IMG/VR virus record: IMGVR_UViG_3300009545_000018
Coordinates: 248,001 to 312,000 of that record
Reading direction: 5' to 3' (one strand)
DNA length: 64,000 bases
Numbering within the stretch: position 1 is the stretch's first letter; each line of letters begins with the position of its first letter. The notes under the pieces are model-generated. The model worked only from the letters and a program-made list of their open reading frames with translations. It did no database searches and had not been told where the DNA came from. Made by a program: the position numbers and the translations under genes. Of this stretch, positions 30,882 to 40,265 are shown in pieces.

Positions 30882-33800
30882 TGTTTATAAAACTTGGTGA
30901 GTTAATAGAGATTAGTAGGATTGAAAATTCAGAATCCTGTATTCCTGCAGTAAGTGAACATATATTAAATGAATTTAAAAAATTTGCCACTAATTTAAAG
31001 AAAATCGCTCCTAAAGCTGAGGATTTTTTGTATTTCTCTGCTGTTATGATGCATGCAGCTGAAGCTGCCGGTATTAATGATGATGGTACTCCAAGATTAA
31101 CAGTTGCAGGAGAACCGGTTCAAGTAGGTTGGAATAAATCTGGTGGTACTTGGCGTTGGACAAGTAATGATCCTAATGTTAAGCCCTATAGAAATTCAAA
31201 TGGGGATATTTTTCCAGAAGAAGAATTAGTAAAGGCATATAAAAAGTGGGTAGGAAAACCTCTTTGCGTAGATCATAAATCAAGTTCAGTAGATCACGTA
31301 AGAGGTTTTATTGTTGATACCTATTATGATCGTAATTTAAAAAGAGTTATTGCTTTGTGTGCTTTAGATAAGGCAGGTTATCCACAATTAGCTAGACAGG
31401 TTTCTACGGGAGTATCTAACTGTGTATCTATGGGTACCGCAGTAGGTAGGGCAATTTGTAGTGATTGTGCCACTGTAGCCAGAACAGAACAAGATTTTTG
31501 TGATCATATGAGAAGAAAAACTTCTTATGGTGAAATTAACGTTGATCTAAATCCAATTGAACTATCAATTGTTGTAAATGGTGCTGATCCAAAAGCTAAT
31601 ATTAAAACCATTATTGCTGCAGCTAATACTTTAAATTCATATGTCGAAAGTAAAGCTAATGAATTAAAAAAGTTAACTGATAGACATTTTGTTGGAAAAA
31701 TTACAGTTAGTGATGGTGGCGGCGTTAATAATAAAGTTTCAGAGATTACTATTGATTCATCAGATTTAAATAAATTTAAGATTGATATGGAAGAAGCTTT
31801 TCAAAAATTACAAGAGATTAATGCTTCTGTAAATAATTCTGGAAAAGATACTAATGATCTTGCATTTAATCAATCGTCGGGATCTATTGCGATGGAAAAT
31901 TCCGCAACTCCCACAACAGATTCAGGATTGGCTCCACCTCACGAAAGATATGCTTCTGCTAACTTAGAAACAGAATCTATTAAAGAACTTCGTGAAGTTA
32001 CAAAAGTAATTGAACAAAAGTTGAGTCAAATGAAAGTAAGCATAGATAAGTTAGCAAATTCAAACACACAAGAGGAAAATATGTCAGGATCAGAGCTTAA
32101 TAAAAAAGGTTATTTTCAAGGAACTGAAGAGCCTAAACCAGGTCAAGTTCAATATCCAAAGGATCCAACCAATGAAAAGGTACGTGATTCTGAAGATAAA
32201 CACATGTTAGATCATGATGTAGGTCCAGTTGATGGATTACATCCAGGAGATTTAGAGCGCAAAAAAATGTTAGCTCGTGCAGAAGCTGAGGAAAGAGCTA
32301 TGCGTAGATCTGCTGTTGTTGATCTTGCTAAAAAGGCTTTAAAAAGTAAAGAAGCTTATTTCCAAGGCGGTGGTGGAGTAAACGAACCAACCCCAGGAAA
32401 AGTAAAATATCCTGCTGAAAAATTAAATGATCAGCTACGTGATCATGAAGATAAACAAATGGTAGGACAAAAACCATTTCCAGGTGTCGGATCAGTTGAT
32501 GGACTTCATCCAAGCCCCGATTCAGCAGATGTTGCTGACGAAAAGAAACGCAAAGAATTATTGCAAAGAGCTTCATTAAGAGCCAGATTCGTTAAAGCTG
32601 CTAATAATGATGGAACTCAAAATGTAGGCAAGAGTGCTTGGGAAGTGTTCTTAGGTGATAAATTACTATTAACTGCCTCAGTAAATGATTTATCTGGTAA
32701 TCGTGCAGAAATAATGTATGATAGTATTGCTACCAAAGAATTCGGTGCTAAATTAATTGAAAAAGTTAAAGTACAAGGCGCTGATAAAGTAAGTAGTTTA
32801 ATAAAGAGTGCTCAAGAACTTCCACCAGCAGCTCCTGCAGCTGAACCACCAGCAGCAGCTGATGTTGCTGCTCCTCCAGCTGATGCTGCACCAGCCGCAT
32901 CAGAAGATACGGGAGCTGAAGGTGATCCAAAAGCTAATGTAATGGAACTTTCTGAAAAAGTTAGAGATTTAGGATCTGATTTGGTTGAGGCTGTAAGAGC
33001 CTTAACTGGTGAACAAGCTGAAATGGGTGATTTAGAAGGTGGTATGGGAGCTACAGCATCTGATGTTAACTCTCTAAATACTATTAGAAAAGAACTAAAT
33101 TCAGCTTTAACTGATGCAATGAAAGAAACTGTTGCTGAATTAAATCAACATAAAGAAGAGTTAGATTTGATTGCAAGCTTGTATGATAAGGGAGCTGTTT
33201 CTGCATCCAATGAAACATTGGTAACTTCTGTTACTGATGACGTTATAAATGATGCTAAGAAATCAGTTGCAGAAGGATTTAATTTACTAAGTGCATTTGT
33301 CAAATATGCTCGTGGAACTAAAGCAATTGTCAAGCGCGCGGAATTTGAGGCTGAACTTGATGCATTAGCCGAGGGAGAATCTATGAAGGATGAGCATGAT
33401 AGTCACTCAAGTGACGATTTAATGAGTTTAATCCAAGACACTAATGCTGACTTGGATGCAGTTAAAGACATGATGGATGAAGGTTGTGATGGTGAATCTG
33501 AAGTATCTGATGCTGTTGATTCATTATCTGATGAAGTGGATGATAACAATTTAGATGCTAAACCAGAAGAGTTAAAAAATCTAGAAGTTAAGCCAGGAAC
33601 CGAAGTTCATGTTGTTGCTTCTACAGATTATGATAGCAAAGAAGGTCGTACAGCTCTACGTGCTAAGTTAGCTGCTGATGCTCTAAAAATTAGTCCATTA
33701 CTACATGATGCTCATCCAAAGGGTGGATTTACAACTGAGTTAGATGTTAAACCAGAAGGTGATTTAGCAAAAGTTGAAGATTTAGAAGAAGTTCATGATG

Positions 33801-34342
33801 CTATGATGGATGTTGCTCAAGCTCCACCAAAAGTACGTAAAGAAGCTGAAGCTATTAATAAATTAGTTTCAGAAGGTAAACTTGATGTTACTGATCTAGA
33901 TGCATTAGTTGCTGAAGGATTAGATAAAGATGCAGTTTCTTATTATAAGAAATTCTATAGTCAAGTTGATGGTGGATCTGAATTTGCTAATGAACTTGTA
34001 AAAGAACATGCAAAAGCTGAATTAGAAGAACAACTAAATACCTTCAAAGTTAAAATGGCAAGAGCTTATGAATTAACTTACGATATGGTTTCTCGTGGAT
34101 TGTGTCATGATGACAGAGTATCCATTTCAACTCAAGTTGAAGAGATCATGAAGTTTAATGATGAATCTTTTGACTCACTAAAGAGAGTTGTTGCAAAGCA
34201 TTCTCCAACTGTTAAAGTTGCCGGTCGTATGCCACAAGTTGGTATGATTGGTTCTGGTGAAATTAATTCCGCAGAATCTGATGGTGACTTATTTAGTCAA
34301 TTATCCTCTGCATTATCAACCTCTAAGAAGAGAAACTTTTAA
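30881..34342 (+). CDS. Prohead protease (HK97/assemblin fold, Zn insert) fused to long scaffold region
   Basis: NSNGDIF, GKPLCVDH, VSMG, CSDC..CDH, ELSIV..GADPKA; about 900-aa acidic coiled-coil C-terminus. Confidence 0.85.
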   Translation: MFIKLGELIEISRIENSESCIPAVSEHILNEFKKFATNLKKIAPKAEDFLYFSAVMMHAAEAAGINDDGTPRLTVAGEPVQVGWNKSGGTWRWTSNDPNVKPYRNSNGDIFPEEELVKAYKKWVGKPLCVDHKSSSVDHVRGFIVDTYYDRNLKRVIALCALDKAGYPQLARQVSTGVSNCVSMGTAVGRAICSDCATVARTEQDFCDHMRRKTSYGEINVDLNPIELSIVVNGADPKANIKTIIAAANTLNSYVESKANELKKLTDRHFVGKITVSDGGGVNNKVSEITIDSSDLNKFKIDMEEAFQKLQEINASVNNSGKDTNDLAFNQSSGSIAMENSATPTTDSGLAPPHERYASANLETESIKELREVTKVIEQKLSQMKVSIDKLANSNTQEENMSGSELNKKGYFQGTEEPKPGQVQYPKDPTNEKVRDSEDKHMLDHDVGPVDGLHPGDLERKKMLARAEAEERAMRRSAVVDLAKKALKSKEAYFQGGGGVNEPTPGKVKYPAEKLNDQLRDHEDKQMVGQKPFPGVGSVDGLHPSPDSADVADEKKRKELLQRASLRARFVKAANNDGTQNVGKSAWEVFLGDKLLLTASVNDLSGNRAEIMYDSIATKEFGAKLIEKVKVQGADKVSSLIKSAQELPPAAPAAEPPAAADVAAPPADAAPAASEDTGAEGDPKANVMELSEKVRDLGSDLVEAVRALTGEQAEMGDLEGGMGATASDVNSLNTIRKELNSALTDAMKETVAELNQHKEELDLIASLYDKGAVSASNETLVTSVTDDVINDAKKSVAEGFNLLSAFVKYARGTKAIVKRAEFEAELDALAEGESMKDEHDSHSSDDLMSLIQDTNADLDAVKDMMDEGCDGESEVSDAVDSLSDEVDDNNLDAKPEELKNLEVKPGTEVHVVASTDYDSKEGRTALRAKLAADALKISPLLHDAHPKGGFTTELDVKPEGDLAKVEDLEEVHDAMMDVAQAPPKVRKEAEAINKLVSEGKLDVTDLDALVAEGLDKDAVSYYKKFYSQVDGGSEFANELVKEHAKAELEEQLNTFKVKMARAYELTYDMVSRGLCHDDRVSISTQVEEIMKFNDESFDSLKRVVAKHSPTVKVAGRMPQVGMIGSGEINSAESDGDLFSQLSSALSTSKKRNF

Positions 34343-34355
34343 TTAACGGGGAAAT

Positions 34356-34982
34356 ATGAAAAATCAAAGTGTATCAGATTTCGTTGCTTCTGCTATGGAT
34401 ACTGTATTGAAGAGTGAATCTCACAATGCATTGTTTGGAACTCATTATAAAACTGCTTCAGATGAATTATTAGCTTCTGATCATAAAAAAGAAGATGAAG
34501 ATTATTCAATGGCAGATGATAATGATGCCAAGAAAAAGAAAAAAGAAGAAAAAGATTCTGAAGAAGAATCATCTTCTAGCGATTCTTCTAGTGACTCTTC
34601 TAGTGCTGATGATAATTTTGCAGAAAATTTAGAAACTTCAGCTTTTGATGTAGCAATTGATAGTTTATTAACAGCTTCTGCTGCTTTAGATAATATCGGT
34701 ATGGAAAAAACTGCTACCTTAAGTTTAAAACTTGCCTCTTTAGTTGTTGAAGCTAAGAAGAAAGACAAGGATAAAGATAAGGAAAAAGAAAAAGCTGCTA
34801 AAGAAAAGGAAAAGGCTGCCAAAGAAAAAGCCAAGGAAAAAGCCGCTAAAGATGCTCAATCAGCAAAAGACAAAGCTGCTAAAGATAAAGCTAAGGAAAA
34901 AGCTGCTAAAGAAAAAGAAAAAGAGAAAGCTGCCAAAGAGAAGGCTAAAGAAAAAGCCACAAAAGAAAAATCTAAGAAGTAA
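34356..34982 (+). CDS. Low-complexity protein with KEKAA-repeat C-terminus
   Basis: KEKEKAAKEKEKAAKEKAKEKAAK... Confidence 0.7.
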   Translation: MKNQSVSDFVASAMDTVLKSESHNALFGTHYKTASDELLASDHKKEDEDYSMADDNDAKKKKKEEKDSEEESSSSDSSSDSSSADDNFAENLETSAFDVAIDSLLTASAALDNIGMEKTATLSLKLASLVVEAKKKDKDKDKEKEKAAKEKEKAAKEKAKEKAAKDAQSAKDKAAKDKAKEKAAKEKEKEKAAKEKAKEKATKEKSKK

Positions 34983-35000
34983 TTCTTATAAGAGGTAATT

Positions 35001-35222
35001 ATGTTTAAAATCGGCAGTCATGCAGATGATATTGTTAGTGAAATGGAAAAAGAGCTAAAAGCTCATCATGTTGAAAACACATATGGATTCAATAAACTAG
35101 CTAAGGCTGCCGATTATTTAAACTCTGCTGCTTCAATTTTTGAAGATGCTAATATGCCAGAAGTTTCTGATAAAATTACTGAAATATTAAAAAATTTGGC
35201 AACTGAATTAAATTCAAAATGA
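35001..35222 (+). CDS. Small helical protein, paralogue of 35219
   Basis: AADYLNSAASIFED. Confidence 0.7.
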   Translation: MFKIGSHADDIVSEMEKELKAHHVENTYGFNKLAKAADYLNSAASIFEDANMPEVSDKITEILKNLATELNSK

Positions 35223-35623
35223 ATAAAAAAGTGTTTGAAAATGAAATTTTAACCAATATGGATATGCTCTTGCAACCATCATTGGTTAAAGTTGCTTCTG
35301 CATCTAATGATTTAGGGCAGGCAGTTGAATATTTAAATTCAGCAGCTGAAATTTTTGAAGATTTAGGTTTCACTAAAAAATCAGAAGAAATTTTGCAACT
35401 TTTAGAATCTTTAGCAAATAAATCAAAAAATCCATTAAATATATCAGATTCACATACTAAAGGATTAACACCAGATAAACAAATAAAAAATTTGTTAGAT
35501 CATGGTACGCAATTTAATATGGCGGATGATGGTAATGCATTATTAGAATTAGATGTTAATGATGCTGATTTAGAAGTGTTAGAAAAAGAACTTTCTGATA
35601 TGGATTTTGAAGACGAATTATAA
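35219..35623 (+). CDS. Small helical protein, paralogue of 35001
   Basis: AVEYLNSAAEIFED. Confidence 0.7.
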   Translation: MNKKVFENEILTNMDMLLQPSLVKVASASNDLGQAVEYLNSAAEIFEDLGFTKKSEEILQLLESLANKSKNPLNISDSHTKGLTPDKQIKNLLDHGTQFNMADDGNALLELDVNDADLEVLEKELSDMDFEDEL

Positions 35624-35719
35624 TTATTTTTATTTAATAGACTGGAAAGTGTAATTTATACAATGTTATATCTAACTAAGACAACATAGTAGTGTTGTGT
35701 TATAACAAAGGAAAATACT

Positions 35720-36409
35720 ATTCTTAGACTTATACAAACCGGAAATTCGTTACCTGTATCTTTTATATGTGATCCATCAGCTGAGTTTCAGCCAGGAATG
35801 GTAGCAGAGTTAGTAGTTATTGGTAATCAGGTAATGGCAACAGTTAGTAATGGAACTGCTCCAATTGGAATTATTGATGACATTAGAACAAAAGCCTTTA
35901 CAAATGTTTCTTGGAATGAAGTAATTGTAGTTCCGGCAGCAGGCGTCGTTGGTCCGGGGGGAGTTATAGTTACTCCTGTTGATGTAAAAGCAGAATTAAA
36001 GAAGCCTAATATTATTGCAAATACATTTACTTCAACCGTAGATGTTGCATTAAATGCAACTAATGGCGTAATAACATTTGTAGCAGGAACTCCTTTAAAT
36101 TTCGACTTAACAGGAACAGGAAGTCCTAATGCTATTAGAACAATTGTAAATTATACATATTATGTAGCTAATATTCCAGGAGATGATAGTACTTCTGGTA
36201 GTGGTAGAATTACTGTGTGGTTTCAGAGAATGTTTTTTCAAACAGATCAATATGAAACTAATCAGCAATATCCGGTTAGAGCTAATTTGTTTGTGAGTGA
36301 AACTGGATTTCTAACTACTAGAAAACCAAGTGAATTTCATCCGGCTGTTGCAATGGTAACTGCCCCACCAACACCGATGAATCCTATGATCGAGGCGATG
36401 TATTACTGA
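35720..36409 (+). CDS. Putative capsid decoration-type protein (likely ATT start at 35720)
   Basis: TSGSGRITVW shared with 42779; frame open 26 codons upstream of ATG 35798 to an ATT preceded by AAGGA. Confidence 0.6.
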   Translation: MLRLIQTGNSLPVSFICDPSAEFQPGMVAELVVIGNQVMATVSNGTAPIGIIDDIRTKAFTNVSWNEVIVVPAAGVVGPGGVIVTPVDVKAELKKPNIIANTFTSTVDVALNATNGVITFVAGTPLNFDLTGTGSPNAIRTIVNYTYYVANIPGDDSTSGSGRITVWFQRMFFQTDQYETNQQYPVRANLFVSETGFLTTRKPSEFHPAVAMVTAPPTPMNPMIEAMYY

Positions 36410-36517
36410 AAAATAGTAAGATAATAATCACGAATACTTTACTGCATATCTTTTTATTTATAATAAGCTTTCTATAATCTTGCATTATTATAGACAAAAT
36501 CACTGTTTGAGGCACAT

Positions 36518-37618
36518 ATGACTTTTAAGCACGTTAAATTTGAAGATTCAGCAACAATGCGCTCTTTAATTAAAGTAGCCTATGCAAAGGGACTAATTAA
36601 AGACGATCCAACATTAATTAAGAATTCCTCTTTAGAAAAAAAAGCAGATTATTCTCCAAGTTTTAATTTAATGGAGAATATTATTAAGCTTTGTGCAGGT
36701 CTTAGAGAACAGGGCATGGAAAAATATGCCAATGATTTAGAGTCCAAATTTATGGAATATAAAAAGGCAAACTCTTTATATGAAACTTCTAAAGAAACTG
36801 GAGAGGATATTGTAGATCAAGCACATCCACAAGGCTCACATAAAGTTTCTGATGTAGATGGAGATGCTATAGTAGAAACTATTTTAGATCAACATTTAAA
36901 AATTGTTAATGTTGTTAATAAAAAACCAACTGGTAAATTGTCAAGTAACACAGATATTTTAAAAGCTGTTAAGAAAGTTGTTGCCCAACAATTATCAATT
37001 AATGATTATTTACAAAAAATGAAAAATAGTGCTAAAGCCGTTAATCAAGGCTTTCATAGCGCTTCAGTATTAACTAGACCAATAACTTTTGTTACAGGTG
37101 AATTATTAGATGCTGTTAATGATTTAAATAAAGACAATATTAGTTTTGAAACATTAAATAATATTTATTTACTGATAACAAACACAAGAAAAGAATTAGA
37201 GCCCAAATTAGGTGGTCTCACTGGATTAGAAGAAGATAAGTGGAGATTTATTGAACCACATTTGAATGAAATTCAGAATGGTGTTTATAAAATTCAAGAA
37301 CTAATAAAAAATCCTCCCAAGAAAGAAGAGCCTACAGTTAATCCTATAATCGATGCATTTAATAAGCAAATTAATATAGTATTATCTACGCTTGCCACTT
37401 GGTCCAATATTGTTCAAACTGATCCTAGCTCTACTTCCGAAGAAAAGGCAGCAGGCAATAAATGGATTAATGATAAAAAAATTAGTATTATGAATTTGAA
37501 AACAAGATTTGATGCTTTAGATGATGCTTCAAAACTTGAAGCCCTAGATGGACAAAAACGTCGTTTACAAGAAATCACGGCAGAATTTCCTGAATTTAAA
37601 AAAACTTGGATAGACTAA
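36518..37618 (+). CDS. Hypothetical inner-head candidate
   Basis: AHP module; KxA motifs. Confidence 0.7.
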   Translation: MTFKHVKFEDSATMRSLIKVAYAKGLIKDDPTLIKNSSLEKKADYSPSFNLMENIIKLCAGLREQGMEKYANDLESKFMEYKKANSLYETSKETGEDIVDQAHPQGSHKVSDVDGDAIVETILDQHLKIVNVVNKKPTGKLSSNTDILKAVKKVVAQQLSINDYLQKMKNSAKAVNQGFHSASVLTRPITFVTGELLDAVNDLNKDNISFETLNNIYLLITNTRKELEPKLGGLTGLEEDKWRFIEPHLNEIQNGVYKIQELIKNPPKKEEPTVNPIIDAFNKQINIVLSTLATWSNIVQTDPSSTSEEKAAGNKWINDKKISIMNLKTRFDALDDASKLEALDGQKRRLQEITAEFPEFKKTWID

Positions 37619-38703
37619 TGTCAAATAAAATAAAACTATTAAAAGAAGCAATAGAAAAATTAGCTGAGGTACCAAAGCGTGGACCTAAGCCAATTACAAC
37701 TTCTATTCCATCTAAAGGAATACCAGCTAAACATCCTGGTGGTATTATTCCTAGTTCTCATTTTACTTCAAAAACAATAAATAACCCTACTGTACGAGAA
37801 ATGCAGCTTTCTATGCAAGATTTAGCACAAGCTGTTATGTCTGATTCTCAATCAGCTACTATGTCTTTAAAAAATAAAGACGTATTAAATCCTGGCGCTA
37901 CTGAATCTGTTCAAAAAGCAAAAAAATCTTTTAATGATTTTATTGCAGAACAATATATGGGCGGTTTAGATGAAACAAATAAAGGGGTTGAATGGAATAA
38001 AGATTCTAGTGTTGTAAAATATCCTGATAAACATCAAACACAAACTGATATTTATGAATTAGATGTTGTTATGAATACTTTAAGTAGGATTGGCTCTGAA
38101 AAAAGTGAATTTAAAGCTGATGGTAATTGGGACTGGAGAACAAATAATGCATTGAAAAATATGTTAGGATTTGCTTATGCTCTTTTACAATTAGAAGGCG
38201 ATTTTGGATTAAGTAATACTGTTTATAATATTTCTAATTGGCAAGATTTTAAAAATATTTTATCTAGTTACCGTGTAGAAGGAAATAGTGTTAATTTAGA
38301 TCCTCAAGATAAATCAGATAAGGCAGAAAAAATTACTAAACATTTAAAAGCTATCACTAGATTATATAATAATTTTAGACAACAAGTAATTGCCCGTCCA
38401 GAATACAGACCATTTATTGAAGGTAAGAGACCATTTGATCAATATGATAGTCATGGGTCAAATAAAGATACATTAAATGAAGCTGAGCAACAAATGGCAA
38501 AATCTGATGTTACCAAGGTTGATGGTATTTCTTATATTGCACCTAGATTACCAGACAAAAAATTAAATTATGTTCCATTAAAAGCATTAAGTAGTAAAGA
38601 AGAATATTTGAAATGGATGCTAGATTACGCAGGTGTTCCAAATGAGGAAACTGCTTGGAAGATATTTAACAATATTATTAAACCAAAAATTGAGGCGATG
38701 TAA
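37618..38703 (+). CDS. Protein with degenerate peptidoglycan-binding motif
   Basis: VREMQLSMQDL ... ADGNWDWRTNNALK. Confidence 0.55.
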   Translation: MSNKIKLLKEAIEKLAEVPKRGPKPITTSIPSKGIPAKHPGGIIPSSHFTSKTINNPTVREMQLSMQDLAQAVMSDSQSATMSLKNKDVLNPGATESVQKAKKSFNDFIAEQYMGGLDETNKGVEWNKDSSVVKYPDKHQTQTDIYELDVVMNTLSRIGSEKSEFKADGNWDWRTNNALKNMLGFAYALLQLEGDFGLSNTVYNISNWQDFKNILSSYRVEGNSVNLDPQDKSDKAEKITKHLKAITRLYNNFRQQVIARPEYRPFIEGKRPFDQYDSHGSNKDTLNEAEQQMAKSDVTKVDGISYIAPRLPDKKLNYVPLKALSSKEEYLKWMLDYAGVPNEETAWKIFNNIIKPKIEAM

Positions 38704-40265
38704 TGAGTTTTTTATATGAACAAGAAGTATTAAAATCACTTGCAAACGCCATTACCAAAAGGGCGCAGCAAAATGTACCTATTGGTAACGAAATTCAAGT
38801 TGCAAAAAAATTAGTTGCCAAATTAGCTAAAGAGGTTGGAGGTATACCAGAGTCTCCAAATATTTCGGCAGAAACTCCAACTCCAGTAGGTCTTAATACA
38901 GAAAATTTACAAAATATTGGTAACCTTCTGAAATTTCTTGATGATAATCAAATTAAGGTAGATGGTACTCGTGTAGCTTTTGATCAAGGAGAAAGTGAAA
39001 AATTACCAGAAGGAGAGCAAAATAAACTTTCTCCAATAACAATTAATGTTTCTAGAGATGCTGTTACTAGAAAATGGAATACTGCCGATTATTATGCTAA
39101 TATTCCATCTTTAATTAAATATGTAACATACTTGCAAAATAAAGCCAAACAAGAAGACAATAAAGTACTTGGTGTTTTAATTGGCAAATTAATTGATCAA
39201 GTTAATACTGTTAAACCAGATTCTGGACTATCTAGAAATCCAAAATCAGTTCCTGGAAAAAATGTTAATGAAGTATCTGAAGATACCGTCATTGATTCTT
39301 TTGGTAAAAATTTTGATTCTAAAACTTTATCTGTTGATAATGGTGGTTACGTATTATATGCTAAAGATTTAAAGAATAAAGAATCTTTAAATGCTTGGAT
39401 GATTAGTAATCCAGAAGCTCAAGTAATTACTTATGATAAAGCTGGAAGAAAATCTAGTATTAAATATTCTGATAGTCAAGTTGATAAATGTGTTATTATT
39501 AATGTTCTTTATAAGCGCGCTATTAATTTATCTAATAACTCCCAATCCGCTAAAGATACAGAAAAATATTCATTTTATGTTAAAAAAATACAAGAAATTG
39601 GATCTACTATTACGGGACCTAATGGACAAACCTGCAGTATTGGAGCTGAATATATTAGTAAACCAATTAGTAATAGTGGTGATACTGAATTAGCAGGATA
39701 TCATACAAATAAAGAGCAAACGGGTCCAAATGGTAGTGGTAGCAGCGGAACTAATGTTACTGCTCAAATTGGTCGTATTATTTCTGAATTACCATTATCT
39801 ATTGAAGATATTAATTTGGATAGAATTTTTAGTTTTACTAGAGAATTAAGTAATTTAATTAGTGGATCTCAAGGTGCTGAAGCGGCTGATCGTAATAATA
39901 GGATTATGGGATATATAAATGATTTAGGTCAAAAAATGGTTGCATTAAAAGGATTAACTAAACATAATGCGGCTATTTTCCCAACAAACATTTCAGCTCC
40001 AGAATTTGCTAGTATGTTAAAAAATCCTGCAAATTATCTTCCCACATTAGAAGGGTTAGCAACTATAGTTAATTTAGTTAGAATGATTGTTGCTGAATTT
40101 TATAGCGCATATAGAACACAAATTTCTGGCATGAGCGACCAATATAAACAATTATTACGTGGACAAATTGGAACTAATAGAGATGATAGTTCTATTTATT
40201 CTAGAAATATCGAAGATATTAATTATCTGAGAAATAAATATAATCAAGTTTTAAGAGTAAAATAA
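38703..40265 (+). CDS. Hypothetical inner-head candidate
   Basis: 520 aa; ITKRAQQ near N-terminus; TAATG coupling. Confidence 0.7.
   Translation: MSFLYEQEVLKSLANAITKRAQQNVPIGNEIQVAKKLVAKLAKEVGGIPESPNISAETPTPVGLNTENLQNIGNLLKFLDDNQIKVDGTRVAFDQGESEKLPEGEQNKLSPITINVSRDAVTRKWNTADYYANIPSLIKYVTYLQNKAKQEDNKVLGVLIGKLIDQVNTVKPDSGLSRNPKSVPGKNVNEVSEDTVIDSFGKNFDSKTLSVDNGGYVLYAKDLKNKESLNAWMISNPEAQVITYDKAGRKSSIKYSDSQVDKCVIINVLYKRAINLSNNSQSAKDTEKYSFYVKKIQEIGSTITGPNGQTCSIGAEYISKPISNSGDTELAGYHTNKEQTGPNGSGSSGTNVTAQIGRIISELPLSIEDINLDRIFSFTRELSNLISGSQGAEAADRNNRIMGYINDLGQKMVALKGLTKHNAAIFPTNISAPEFASMLKNPANYLPTLEGLATIVNLVRMIVAEFYSAYRTQISGMSDQYKQLLRGQIGTNRDDSSIYSRNIEDINYLRNKYNQVLRVK

Noticed and set aside
32111-32368. 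YFQG twice, resembling the TEV site ENLYFQG
   Set aside because: ENL is absent, context is a native duplicated unit, and there is no vector sequence; coincidence
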